Assembly: GCA_902635045.1 (NCBI GenBank)
Contig: CACPMT010000004.1
Coordinates: forward strand, 34,318-98,317
Length of the DNA stretch: 64,000 nucleotides
Direction of reading: 5' to 3'
Source of the DNA: an uncultured SAR86 cluster bacterium
Lineage (GTDB): Bacteria; Pseudomonadota; Gammaproteobacteria; Magnimaribacterales; AG-339-G14
Within the stretch, counting starts at the first letter, position 1; every line of letters starts with the position of its first letter. The notes beneath the pieces are model-generated. The model was not told where the DNA came from. It did no database searches and saw only the letters and a list, made by a program, of their open reading frames with translations. The position numbers and the translations under genes were made by a program. Below are positions 35,495 through 44,942 of this stretch, piece by piece.

Positions 35495-36682
35495 ATGAGC
35501 GTAAACGGATATTGCGATCCTAAATTTATTGAATTAAGAGAGTATTTCGAAGAATCCATAAATTCAAAATTCGAACTTGGTGCAGCTATTTCCATTGAAA
35601 TAGAAGGGGAAAGCGTTATTAATCTATGGGGTGGCTACCAGGATGCCAACAGAAGCCGTGCATGGCAAGAAGACACTTTGTGCAATACTTTTTCTGTTTC
35701 TAAAGCTATGACTTCTGCTTGCATTCTTAAACTCATAGAAGAAAGAAAAATTGATTTATATGAAAAAGTATCTTTCTACTGGCCAGAATATGGTTGCAAT
35801 GGGAAAGAAGATACTAAAATTATAGATCTACTAACTCATAGAGCTGGAATGTTCGCTTTTGAAGATAATTTTACAATTACCAATGAAGACTGGACTAATT
35901 GGAATTTATTTGTGACTAAATTAGAAAAACAAAAACCTTTTTACACCCCTGGCTCTACCCAAAGCTATCATGCTTTAACTTTTGGCTTTCTCGTTGGAGA
36001 GGTTGTAAGAAGGGTAGATGGAAGATCTTTGGGTACCTATTTCAAGGAGAAGATTGCAGATAATTACAATATAGATTTTATATTCGGACTAGGTAATGAG
36101 GACATAAACCGTACTTCGGACATTGTCATGTCAAAAATAAGATCACCGATCTTAGCAAAAGCTTTTTTTGGTATGCCTACTTGGCTTCTTCCAAAAAGGA
36201 TCAGACCTGTTGTAAGTCTTTTAAAAGAAAGTGATTTTCAGAAAGCATTCTTTAATACGCAAACAGAAAAAGATTCTGTCAATAGCTACGCGTGGAAAAA
36301 AGCTGAGATTCCAGCTGCTAATGGATTTGCTTCAGCAAAAGGCATTTCAAGATTTTATAGTGTTTTGAGCGATTTGAATGACAACTCTTTTATCAAAAGG
36401 GAGACTCTTGAACAAGCTATTAAGGTCCACTCTTCTGGTCCGGATACAGTTTTATTAAATCTTCCAATTAAATTTGGTCTTGGTTTCATGATAGAAAATC
36501 CATACTCCCCTCTAGGACAAAATCCTGATCTTTTTGGTCACTCAGGCGTTGGAGGTTCTGTTGGGTTTGCTGATAAAAAAAGAGGCATTGGATTTGGATT
36601 CGTAAAGAATTACATGCATCCACCTGGTAAATTATTTAAATCGGCTAATGATTTAACAAAGTTATTCTATTCAATTTTGTAG
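35495..36682 (+). CDS. Serine hydrolase of the beta-lactamase/esterase (class C-like) family
   Basis: 395 aa with the SxxK motif FSVSKAM and a late HSGVGGS block. There is no signal peptide. Confidence 0.8.
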   Translation: MSVNGYCDPKFIELREYFEESINSKFELGAAISIEIEGESVINLWGGYQDANRSRAWQEDTLCNTFSVSKAMTSACILKLIEERKIDLYEKVSFYWPEYGCNGKEDTKIIDLLTHRAGMFAFEDNFTITNEDWTNWNLFVTKLEKQKPFYTPGSTQSYHALTFGFLVGEVVRRVDGRSLGTYFKEKIADNYNIDFIFGLGNEDINRTSDIVMSKIRSPILAKAFFGMPTWLLPKRIRPVVSLLKESDFQKAFFNTQTEKDSVNSYAWKKAEIPAANGFASAKGISRFYSVLSDLNDNSFIKRETLEQAIKVHSSGPDTVLLNLPIKFGLGFMIENPYSPLGQNPDLFGHSGVGGSVGFADKKRGIGFGFVKNYMHPPGKLFKSANDLTKLFYSIL

Positions 36683-36684
36683 AT

Positions 36685-37440
36685 ATGGTTTTAGAGCCTT
36701 TATTTTACGTTGTAGCTCTTCTTTCGGTATTTGTCCATGGAATGGGAAAGGCTGGATTTGGAATGGGCTTGCCTATTTTAGCAATTCCAATGATGTCTCT
36801 TTTCATCTCACCAATACAAGCATTATCAATATTGGTAATTCCTTTAATATTTATGGATTTAATTACGATCCATAGGTTTAAAGGATTATGGAATAAAGAA
36901 ATTTTAAAGTTTATTATTCCTTTTTCTCTTCTAGGTATAGTAATTGGAACAATTACTTTTCAGTATCTGTCTGAGAATTCTTTAAGAGTTATATTGGGAC
37001 TCATAGCGTTAGGATTTGGGTTAAATTATTTTTTGACATCTATCCAAGAGGTAGCTTTTAATTCTTCAAAAAAAATTGGCAGCTTCTGGTCTATTCTTTC
37101 TGGTTTTACTAGTTTTTCAATCCATGCCGGAGGTTTGCCAATAAGCTTCTATTTGTTACCTATGCGACTAGATAGAAGAATTTATGTTGCGACAACAGCC
37201 GTATTCTTTTTATCATTAAATTTAATTAAATTAATCCCTTATGCGTATTTTGGACAAATTAATTTACAAAATTTTTATGTCTCAGCCATCCTTCTTCCTT
37301 TGGCTCCACTCGGAGTATATTTTGGAGCCTATTTGACTAATAAAGTTAGTCAGGATTTTTTTTATAATCTTAGTTATTTTTGTTTGATTCTTGCTGGATT
37401 AAAGTTGGTTTACGATGGAACAGGAGTATCATTATTTTAA
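36685..37440 (+). CDS. TauE/SafE-family anion exporter-like membrane protein
   Basis: 251 aa with about 8 TM segments and internal two-fold symmetry. The size and pattern fit the TauE/SafE (DUF81) family. Confidence 0.6.
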   Translation: MVLEPLFYVVALLSVFVHGMGKAGFGMGLPILAIPMMSLFISPIQALSILVIPLIFMDLITIHRFKGLWNKEILKFIIPFSLLGIVIGTITFQYLSENSLRVILGLIALGFGLNYFLTSIQEVAFNSSKKIGSFWSILSGFTSFSIHAGGLPISFYLLPMRLDRRIYVATTAVFFLSLNLIKLIPYAYFGQINLQNFYVSAILLPLAPLGVYFGAYLTNKVSQDFFYNLSYFCLILAGLKLVYDGTGVSLF

Positions 37441-38186
37441 TGACTAATTTAAGCGTTAATGTAAATAAAGTAGCTCTTATAAGGAACTCCCGTAAGGGAG
37501 AAGTTCCTTGTATAGAAAATTTTTCTAGAATTTGTATCCAAAATGGAGCCAAAGGAATTACAGTTCACCCGAGACCAGATTTAAGACACATTCGTCCTTA
37601 CGATCTTGAATTATTATCCAAAGTTACAAATGAACTAGACGTGGAATTTAATATTGAAGGAAATCCATTTGAGGGAAGTTCAGGCGAATATCCAGGATTT
37701 ATGAATTTGGTAGAAAATTTTGTCCCAACGCAGTGCACTTTAGTTCCTGATGCAGGCGATCAATTAACTTCAGATCATGGATGGAATGTTTTATCTGAAA
37801 AAAGGAGATTAATTCCAATAATACAACAATTAAACTCTTTAAAGATAAGAACAGCTCTTTTTGTTGACCATGATATTGATCAGATTGAGGCTGCAAAGGA
37901 AATTGGAATTGATAGGGTTGAAATTTATACCGGTCCATTTGCAAAAGCATTTAAAGAAAACGATTTGAAGGTAATTGATGACTATCAAGCAGCAATTAAT
38001 TTTGCAAAAAGCATTAATTTAGAACTTAATGCTGGCCATGATTTAAGTTTATTAAATTTAGATAAATTCTTAAGTCTAGGAGATATCGAAGAAGTTTCAA
38101 TTGGGCATGCTTTAGTCTCAGAAGCCTTGATTTCTGGACTAAGTAACACTATAAAGAGTTATATAAAACTTATAAATAAAATATGA
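37440..38186 (+). CDS. pdxJ: Pyridoxine 5'-phosphate synthase
   Basis: The start is trimmed to MTNLSVNVNKVALIRNSR. Blocks GITVHPRPDLRHI, CTLVPD, EIYTGPFA, NAGHDL and SIGHALVSEAL parallel PdxJ. The TAATG start overlaps the preceding stop. Confidence 0.85.
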   Translation: MTNLSVNVNKVALIRNSRKGEVPCIENFSRICIQNGAKGITVHPRPDLRHIRPYDLELLSKVTNELDVEFNIEGNPFEGSSGEYPGFMNLVENFVPTQCTLVPDAGDQLTSDHGWNVLSEKRRLIPIIQQLNSLKIRTALFVDHDIDQIEAAKEIGIDRVEIYTGPFAKAFKENDLKVIDDYQAAINFAKSINLELNAGHDLSLLNLDKFLSLGDIEEVSIGHALVSEALISGLSNTIKSYIKLINKI

Positions 38187-38509
38187 GCACAGAAGAAAGA
38201 ATCAAAAAACAAATATCAGAAAATTCAATCCTATTGTTTATGAAAGGATCTCCAGATAAACCCCAATGTGGATTTTCTCAGAGAGCTACTCAAATTCTCA
38301 TGGCTTGCGGTAAAGAATTTTCTTTTGTTGATATTCTCAGCAACCAAGATATCAGAGAAACTTTGCCCTCAATATCAAACTGGCCGACTTTTCCACAACT
38401 TTTTATCAATGGAGAATTAATTGGTGGAAGCGATATTATGATGGATATGTATCAAAGTGGAGAAATGCAAAAAGTAATAGACGAAGCTACAGAAGAAAGC
38501 TCAGATTAA
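38183..38509 (+). CDS. grxD: Monothiol glutaredoxin (Grx4 family)
   Basis: 108 aa with the CGFS active site, WPTFPQLFINGELIGGSDI. Confidence 0.9.
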   Translation: MSTEERIKKQISENSILLFMKGSPDKPQCGFSQRATQILMACGKEFSFVDILSNQDIRETLPSISNWPTFPQLFINGELIGGSDIMMDMYQSGEMQKVIDEATEESSD

Positions 38510-39220
38510 CTAATCTATTTTTTCATTTACAAACTCTATAGTTTCGCTGATTTTTAAAAAGTAATATTCTTTTTCCCAATCGCCTAAAACGTATCTGGTT
38601 CCGTATTTTTCCTGATGAATTTTTGGTCTATGAGTATGGCCATGAATTAAAATATTATTTTTAAATTTTTGAAAAATTTCGTTAACCGCCATTGGATTAA
38701 CGTCCATTATTTCGTAATCTTTGTCTTTATTTTCGGCTTTACTTACTTCTCTAAGGTTTTGCGCTAACTGGATTCTTTCTGAAATTTCTTTTTCTAAAAA
38801 ATCATTTTTCCATTTTTGGTCTCTAACAACCGTTCGAAAAGATTGATAGTCCAAATCATCTGTACAAAGAGAATCTCCATGCATGAGAACGACCTCAAAA
38901 TTGTTGATTTTAGCTGTTGTTGGATCATCTAATAATAAACCTCCAACATCATCACAAAATTTATCACCAAGAAGAAAATCTCTATTGCCATGCATCAAGT
39001 AAATTTTTTTACCTAAGGATGAATACTTCTTCAATTCTAGTTTTACATCTAGAATAAAGTCATTTTCGTAGTCATCTCCGATCCATGCCTCGAACAAATC
39101 TCCTAATATGTAAAGAGAATCAACATTTGCTGCATGAGAAATAAGAAATTTCTTAAATGCCTTTGTTAATTCTGGTCTGTTTTCTTGTAAATGAAGATCA
39201 GAAATTAAGCACGCAGACAT
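38510..39220 (-). CDS. lpxH: UDP-2,3-diacylglucosamine diphosphatase
   Basis: 236 aa with calcineurin-like motifs ISDLHL, GDLFEAWIGDD, GNRDFL, HGD and HGHTHRP. It shows lpxH-ppiB synteny. Confidence 0.88.
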   Translation of the reverse strand: MSACLISDLHLQENRPELTKAFKKFLISHAANVDSLYILGDLFEAWIGDDYENDFILDVKLELKKYSSLGKKIYLMHGNRDFLLGDKFCDDVGGLLLDDPTTAKINNFEVVLMHGDSLCTDDLDYQSFRTVVRDQKWKNDFLEKEISERIQLAQNLREVSKAENKDKDYEIMDVNPMAVNEIFQKFKNNILIHGHTHRPKIHQEKYGTRYVLGDWEKEYYFLKISETIEFVNEKID

Positions 39221-39715
39221 TTATTTTTTTTCTACACTGATAATATAAACGTCTTCTATAGGAACATCCTGATGATATCCTGCATTGGCTGTTTCTACTT
39301 CAGCAATTTTATCAATGACCTCATATCCACTGATTACTTTTCCAAAAACAGCGTACCCTCCCATTGATGGATAGTCTAAGGACTTATTATCGGTAAGATT
39401 TATAAAAAATTGAGAAGTAGCAGAGTTCGGATCGCTAGTTCTAGCCATTGATAAAGTATATTTTTCGTTTTTTAAGCCGTTATCTGCTTCATTAATGATT
39501 GGATCCTTAGTGGGTTTTTGTTCCATACCAATTTCAAATCCTCCACCTTGTATAACGAAACCTGGAATCACTCTGTGAAAAAGTACATTTTCAAAAAAAC
39601 CTTCTTCAGCATATTCAAGAAAATTTGCTGAAGTGACTGGAGCTTGTTCAGGGTAAAGTTCTATTTCAAAACTTCCCAAAGAAGTTGTTAAAGCTAAAAT
39701 AATTATTTCATTCAT
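39221..39715 (-). CDS. ppiB: Peptidyl-prolyl cis-trans isomerase B (cyclophilin type)
   Basis: 164 aa with FHRVIPGFVIQGGG and SATSQFFINL. It is divergent from cysS, as in E. coli. Confidence 0.9.
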   Translation of the reverse strand: MNEIIILALTTSLGSFEIELYPEQAPVTSANFLEYAEEGFFENVLFHRVIPGFVIQGGGFEIGMEQKPTKDPIINEADNGLKNEKYTLSMARTSDPNSATSQFFINLTDNKSLDYPSMGGYAVFGKVISGYEVIDKIAEVETANAGYHQDVPIEDVYIISVEKK

Positions 39716-39753
39716 AATGAAGAAGTATAATACGTATTGGAAAATTTAGATAA

Positions 39754-41136
39754 ATGAAAATTTTTAATTCTCAATCTAGTCTTAAAGAAGAACTCAAAAC
39801 AATAGAAAAAGGAAAAATCAGCATGTATGTGTGTGGTATGACGATTTATGATTTTTGTCACATTGGACATGCGAGAACTTTTTTTAGTTTCGATGTGATG
39901 GTAAATTTTTTTAGATTTATAGGTTTTGAAGTCAATTACGTGAGAAATATTACAGACGTAGACGACAAAATAATTCAGAAAGCTAAAGAAGAGCAAGTAC
40001 CGTTCAATTTAGTAACAGATAAATTCATTAAAGCTATGAATGATGATTTCAAAGCTTTAGGTATTCAGCCACCCAATCTTGAACCAAAAGTATCTGAGCA
40101 TATCGAAGATATTCTAAAAATGATTGAAAATTTAGAATCCAATGATTTTGCATACTCTAATGAGGATTCAGATGTTTACTTTGATATAGAGAAGTTCCCA
40201 GATTACGGTAAGCTTTCTAACAGAGTTCAAGAAGATTTAGATTCTGGTTCTAGAGTTGAAATAGATAAAAATAAAAAAAATCCAAATGATTTTGTTCTAT
40301 GGAAAAAGACAAATGAAGAGCCGTCGTGGAATTCTAAATGGGGTCCTGGCAGGCCTGGATGGCATATTGAGTGTTCTGCAATGAGCAATAAGTATTTAGG
40401 AGCTAATTTTGATATTCATGGCGGCGGGTTAGATCTAAAATTTCCCCATCATGAAAACGAAATAGCCCAATCCAAATGTGCCAATAATTGTGATTTTGCC
40501 AATTATTGGATTCATGTTGCTCCTTTGAATGTGGATGGAAAAAAAATGTCTAAGTCTCTTGGAAATTATATTACGATTAGGGATCTGCTTATCGAATACC
40601 ATCCCGAAGTATTGAAGACTTTTTTTCTTTTAACTAATTATAGAAAACCGATAAATTATACAAATGAGTCAATTATAGAGGCAAAAAATATCTTAGATAA
40701 ATTGTATGAATCTTTAAAAGATATTAGAGATTTTAATTCTTCAAAGGTGGACAATGAGACAATTGATTTTTTTACATCTGCTCTTAGAGACGACTTTAAT
40801 ACTTCAAAGGCTCTTAAAATTTTGCAGAAAATCTCTCAAAGAATTAACCTAAATAAAAATGATAACAAGACAAAAGAAAAGCTTTTAAATAGTCTTAAAG
40901 TTTTAGGAAATATTTTAGGTATTTTAAATAATTCTTCGCAGGAATATTTTCAGTACGATTTAAGTAAAAAAATATCTAGCAAAGATATTGAATTAATGAT
41001 CGAAGAAAGAGATCAAGCAAGGATTAATAAAGATTTTAAAAAAGCTGATTTAATCAGGGAAAAACTCTCTTCATTAAATATTGTTTTAGAAGATGACGGT
41101 AAAAAAACTACTTGGAAAAAATTAAGTAAAAAATAA
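39754..41136 (+). CDS. cysS: Cysteine--tRNA ligase
   Basis: 460 aa with HIGHAR (HIGH) and KMSKSLGN (KMSKS) motifs. WPGWHIECSAM is the Zn-site block. Confidence 0.93.
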   Translation: MKIFNSQSSLKEELKTIEKGKISMYVCGMTIYDFCHIGHARTFFSFDVMVNFFRFIGFEVNYVRNITDVDDKIIQKAKEEQVPFNLVTDKFIKAMNDDFKALGIQPPNLEPKVSEHIEDILKMIENLESNDFAYSNEDSDVYFDIEKFPDYGKLSNRVQEDLDSGSRVEIDKNKKNPNDFVLWKKTNEEPSWNSKWGPGRPGWHIECSAMSNKYLGANFDIHGGGLDLKFPHHENEIAQSKCANNCDFANYWIHVAPLNVDGKKMSKSLGNYITIRDLLIEYHPEVLKTFFLLTNYRKPINYTNESIIEAKNILDKLYESLKDIRDFNSSKVDNETIDFFTSALRDDFNTSKALKILQKISQRINLNKNDNKTKEKLLNSLKVLGNILGILNNSSQEYFQYDLSKKISSKDIELMIEERDQARINKDFKKADLIREKLSSLNIVLEDDGKKTTWKKLSKK

Positions 41137-42057
41137 ACTAGTCTGATAGTAGAAGGTCCAAGCAATTAATCCTATTCCCAAGAAAGGATAAATAAGTTTT
41201 TTAATTCTATTTTGATTTTCTCCAAATGTAATAAATATTACAAAAATTGCTGTAAACAGACTCATTAAAAGAAAGTCTCTTTCAAATATTTTTGAATCTA
41301 GTAAAACCGTTGTTGCGAAACCTATTATTGGAAAAATTAAAACAAGATTTAAAATATTTGATCCAATTATATTTCCAATTACCATATTTCCTTTTTTTCT
41401 TCTTAAAGCGGAAAAAGACGCAGCTAACTCAGGTAAGCTTGTTCCTATTGCAACAAGAGTAAGTCCTATGACCGTATTCGAAACACCTAAAGCTATAGCT
41501 AGGTTTTTCCCTCCATTAACTGTTAATTCTGACCCAGAAAGTAGAATGATTAAACTCAAAAGAATAAAAAAAATATTTTTTCCTATACCGTTTTCCTCTT
41601 CCTCTTTCATCTCTTCAGTTTTTTGTCTAAGAAGGTGAAGTATAAAAAGAACTAAAAAACAAACTAATATAAATGAGTCACTTTTTGAGATTGAAAAATC
41701 AAATATTACGTATCCAGAAATTAAAACCGATAAAATGAGTAAGAATATGTCTCTAAGATTAATATCTAGAATTGATTTTGAAAGAAAAAAACAACTAACA
41801 CCGAAAATTAAACCAATATTAGCTATGTTTGAGCCAATTGAATTACCAACTGCTAATTCAGGTGAATCATTGAGAATAGAAGAAATACTTACAAATACCT
41901 CTGGAATAGATGTTCCTAAAGCAACTATAGTGATTCCTAGAAACATATCGTTTAATTTTAACTTGGCTCCTAATTTTGCAGTATTTGAAACAAAATATTC
42001 TGCACCTAGTACTAATAAACTAAGACCAGTTATTAGAATTAGAAAATTTATCAACAT
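41122..42057 (-). CDS. Ca2+/cation antiporter (CaCA family, YrbG-like)
   Basis: 311 aa and polytopic. It has the two alpha-repeat signatures GTSIPEVFVS and GTSLPELAAS. Confidence 0.8.
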   Translation of the reverse strand: MLINFLILITGLSLLVLGAEYFVSNTAKLGAKLKLNDMFLGITIVALGTSIPEVFVSISSILNDSPELAVGNSIGSNIANIGLIFGVSCFFLSKSILDINLRDIFLLILSVLISGYVIFDFSISKSDSFILVCFLVLFILHLLRQKTEEMKEEEENGIGKNIFFILLSLIILLSGSELTVNGGKNLAIALGVSNTVIGLTLVAIGTSLPELAASFSALRRKKGNMVIGNIIGSNILNLVLIFPIIGFATTVLLDSKIFERDFLLMSLFTAIFVIFITFGENQNRIKKLIYPFLGIGLIAWTFYYQTSLFFT

Positions 42058-42060
42058 CTT

Positions 42061-42777
42061 CTATAAATTGGCTTTTTTAACATACCTACAATACTCACAA
42101 TTTGGATTGGGTTCTGGAATATCATCAGAGTTTAAAACTTTGTAGATTTCTTTGACAGTTTTGTCTATCCAAGAATCATCACCTTTATAAGGTAAAAGTT
42201 TCACATTGAACTTTAATTCGTTATTGAACATCACATTTTCTTTAACACCATTGCAATAAACAAAATATCCAATATTTTGAACATCAAAACCATTTTTTCT
42301 AAATAACCATTGGTAAATTTCTAATTGTCTTTTATAAGAGATCTGCCAAGGCGCATCTAGACTAACTTCTCCTTTTTTTGAAGTAGCTTTATAGTCCACT
42401 AGAATTAATTGATCAGTTTTTGTGTTTATCCAAACGTCATCAACCAAGCCATAAAAGTATAAATTAGTATCTTCATCTAAAAAGCCAATGCCTTTGTTTC
42501 TTGTTCTCCAATCTTCTATTTCCGGATGATCGAAAGGTTTAGCATCAAGACCATTTTCAACGATATATGGATGATTCTTATCAGTACCCCTGAAAGAGTC
42601 AAACTCTTCTTTCAATAATTCATCTACAGCATTGTTCAAGTTAAAAGGAAAAGATGCAGGCCTAGAGATACCAAGCTTTTCTTCAAGATAAAAACATTTT
42701 TTGCATCTACAAAAATTTTCTATCCTTGTTCTGCTAAGTTTATAAGGGTCTGTGTTATCTTTACTATAAATAGGCAT
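42061..42777 (-). CDS. PD-(D/E)XK nuclease superfamily protein with Cys cluster (Cas4/RecB-like fold)
   Basis: 238 aa from MPIYSKDN. Motifs are GLVDD (D), LVDYK (D/ExK) and QLEIYQW (QxxxY). Cys residues are at FCRCKKCFY and NCEYCRY. The track ORF's first 23 codons are the antisense of tRNA-Asn and were removed. Confidence 0.62.
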   Translation of the reverse strand: MPIYSKDNTDPYKLSRTRIENFCRCKKCFYLEEKLGISRPASFPFNLNNAVDELLKEEFDSFRGTDKNHPYIVENGLDAKPFDHPEIEDWRTRNKGIGFLDEDTNLYFYGLVDDVWINTKTDQLILVDYKATSKKGEVSLDAPWQISYKRQLEIYQWLFRKNGFDVQNIGYFVYCNGVKENVMFNNELKFNVKLLPYKGDDSWIDKTVKEIYKVLNSDDIPEPNPNCEYCRYVKKANL

Positions 42778-42785
42778 TTTAGAGC

Positions 42786-42861
42786 TGGCTCCGCGAGCAG
42801 GGCTCGAACCTGCGACCCAATGATTAACAGTCATTTGCTCTACCAACTGAGCTATCGCGGA
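42786..42861 (-). tRNA. tRNA-Asn (GUU)
   Basis: The reverse complement, TCCGCGATAGCTCAGTTGGTAGAGCAAATGACTGTTAATCATTGGGTCGCAGGTTCGAGCCCTGCTCGCGGAGCCA, folds as a 76-nt cloverleaf. The acceptor pairs TCCGCGA with TCGCGGA, the anticodon loop is CTGTTAA, the T-loop is TTCGAGC, and CCA is encoded. Confidence 0.9.
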
Positions 42862-42896
42862 AAACGAGGTGTATTATAAGCAAAAAAGTATGAAAT

Positions 42897-44894
42897 ATGA
42901 GTAAAACATTCGAAATAAATGCAGATTTTAAACCAGCTGGAGATCAACCTAATGCGATTTCTCAACTTGTTAAAGGCCTGAACGATGGTCTCTTAAACCA
43001 AACATTACAAGGAGTTACAGGGTCTGGAAAAACTTTCGCAATGGCTAATGTGATTCAAGAAGTTCAGAGGCCAGCAATAGTTATGGCGCATAACAAAACT
43101 CTTGCTGCTCAGCTTTATGGAGAATTTAAGGAATTTTTTCCAGATAATGCAGTTGAATATTTTGTGTCTTACTATGATTATTATCAGCCCGAGGCTTACG
43201 TACCTACCTCAGACACTTTCATAGAGAAAGATGCTTCCATTAATGAACATATTGAACAAATGCGTCTTTCAGCAACAAAAGCAATTATGGAACGCAGAGA
43301 TGTTGTGATTGTTGCATCAGTTTCTGCAATTTATGGGCTTGGCGATCCTAAATCTTATTTACAAATGGTTCTTCATTTAGATAGGGGGGATGAAATAGAT
43401 CAAAATGTCTTACTACTTAGATTAGCAGAGCTTCAATACAGAAGAAACGATATTGAATTTACTAGAGCAACTTATAGAGTGAAAGGAGATGTAATAGATG
43501 TATTTCCAGCAGAATCTGAGTCCGAAGCTCTCAGAATAGAACTTTTTGATAATGAGATAGAATCCTTAAAAATGTTCGATCCTCTTACTGGTGAAATTTT
43601 TAAAGAAGTTCCTAGAGTTACAATTTTTCCAAAAACTCATTATGTAACCTCAAGAGAAATTATGTTAAACGCGGTAAAGGAAATTAGAAATGAAATGAGA
43701 GAAAGAGTTAGATATTTTAAAAAAAATGAAAAATTAATTGAAGCTCAACGAATAGAAGAAAGAACAAAATATGATATTGAGATGATTAAAGAGCTTGGAT
43801 TTTGTTCAGGTATAGAAAATTATTCAAGATATCTTTCTGGAAGGAAAGAAGGAGAATCACCTCCCACTCTCTATGAATACCTTCCAGAAGATGCCATAGT
43901 TTTCGTTGATGAATCTCACGTTTCTTTACCTCAAATTAAGGGAATGTATCGAGGAGACAGGTCAAGAAAAGAAACTTTAACGGAATATGGTTTTAGACTG
44001 CCAAGTGCATTAGATAACAGACCATTAAGATTTGATGAATGGGAATCGATTTCTGGTCAGAAAATATTTGTTTCCGCAACGCCCGGAGAATATGAAGAAA
44101 ATAATATGGAACAAAAGGTAGATTTGATTGTTCGTCCAACTGGCTTAGTAGATCCGACTATAGAAATTAGACCTGCTACTAACCAAGTTGATGACTTGAT
44201 GTCAGAAATCAGTGAAAAAGTGAAGAAAAAAGAAAGAGTTTTGGCAACAGTATTAACTAAAAGAATGGCTGAAGACTTGAGTCAGTATCTTTTTGAAAGA
44301 GACATAAATGTCAGATATCTTCATTCTGATATTGATACAGTTGAAAGAATCGAAATACTAAGAGATTTAAGATTAGGAAATTTTGATGTACTTGTAGGCA
44401 TAAATCTTCTTAGAGAGGGTTTAGATCTCCCAGAGGTTTCTCTTGTTGCAATTCTCGATGCAGACAAGGAAGGATTTTTAAGATCTGAGACTTCGATGAT
44501 TCAAACTATAGGAAGAGCTGCTCGACATATTAATGGTCATGCTATTTTATATGCCGATAAAGAAACAGGTTCAATAGAAAGAGCAATTGAAACAACTAAG
44601 AAGAGAAGAAAGATACAACTCGAATTCAACAAAAAACATAAAATTACTCCAAAAGGAATAATAAAACCTGTTTCCGATATCATGGAAGGTTCTAAAAACT
44701 TCACCAAAAAACAATTTATTTCGGAGATGGACAAAAAAATTGAAGAAGATTATTTATCTCCTAAAGAATTAGCAAAGCAAATTGATTCACTAGAAAAATT
44801 AATGATTGAACATGCAAACAAATTAGAATTCGAAGAAGCCGCGAACTTAAGAGACAAGATAACCGAACTAAAAAATAGATTATTTGCCGCTTAA
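42897..44894 (+). CDS. uvrB: Excinuclease ABC subunit B
   Basis: 665 aa. It has GVTGSGKTF, the [10 protein letters not shown] beta-hairpin block, helicase motifs and the C-terminal UVR domain ([13 protein letters not shown]). Confidence 0.95.
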   Translation: MSKTFEINADFKPAGDQPNAISQLVKGLNDGLLNQTLQGVTGSGKTFAMANVIQEVQRPAIVMAHNKTLAAQLYGEFKEFFPDNAVEYFVSYYDYYQPEAYVPTSDTFIEKDASINEHIEQMRLSATKAIMERRDVVIVASVSAIYGLGDPKSYLQMVLHLDRGDEIDQNVLLLRLAELQYRRNDIEFTRATYRVKGDVIDVFPAESESEALRIELFDNEIESLKMFDPLTGEIFKEVPRVTIFPKTHYVTSREIMLNAVKEIRNEMRERVRYFKKNEKLIEAQRIEERTKYDIEMIKELGFCSGIENYSRYLSGRKEGESPPTLYEYLPEDAIVFVDESHVSLPQIKGMYRGDRSRKETLTEYGFRLPSALDNRPLRFDEWESISGQKIFVSATPGEYEENNMEQKVDLIVRPTGLVDPTIEIRPATNQVDDLMSEISEKVKKKERVLATVLTKRMAEDLSQYLFERDINVRYLHSDIDTVERIEILRDLRLGNFDVLVGINLLREGLDLPEVSLVAILDADKEGFLRSETSMIQTIGRAARHINGHAILYADKETGSIERAIETTKKRRKIQLEFNKKHKITPKGIIKPVSDIMEGSKNFTKKQFISEMDKKIEEDYLSPKELAKQIDSLEKLMIEHANKLEFEEAANLRDKITELKNRLFAA

Positions 44895-44942
44895 ATTTAA
44901 ATAAGCATTGCAACTCAGTTATAATGACTCTTTCTAATCTAA

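Noticed and set aside
39712-39996. 94-aa minus-strand ORF spanning the ppiB/cysS divergent region
   Set aside because: It overlaps the cysS N-terminus in antisense and the ppiB start region. It has odd composition and no motifs.
41735-42145. 136-aa plus-strand ORF across the CaCA antiporter / nuclease junction
   Set aside because: It is antisense to two well-supported minus-strand genes.
42778-42846. N-terminal 23 codons of track ORF 42061..42846 (MVEQMTVNHWVAGSSPARGASSK)
   Set aside because: This stretch is the reverse complement of tRNA-Asn(GUU). The CDS was trimmed to the next Met (42777).
42061-42896. Possible genomic island integrated at tRNA-Asn
   Set aside because: There is no integrase, no mobility gene and no obvious duplicated tRNA 3' segment on either side. 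The flanking genes (CaCA antiporter, cysS, uvrB) are core genes.
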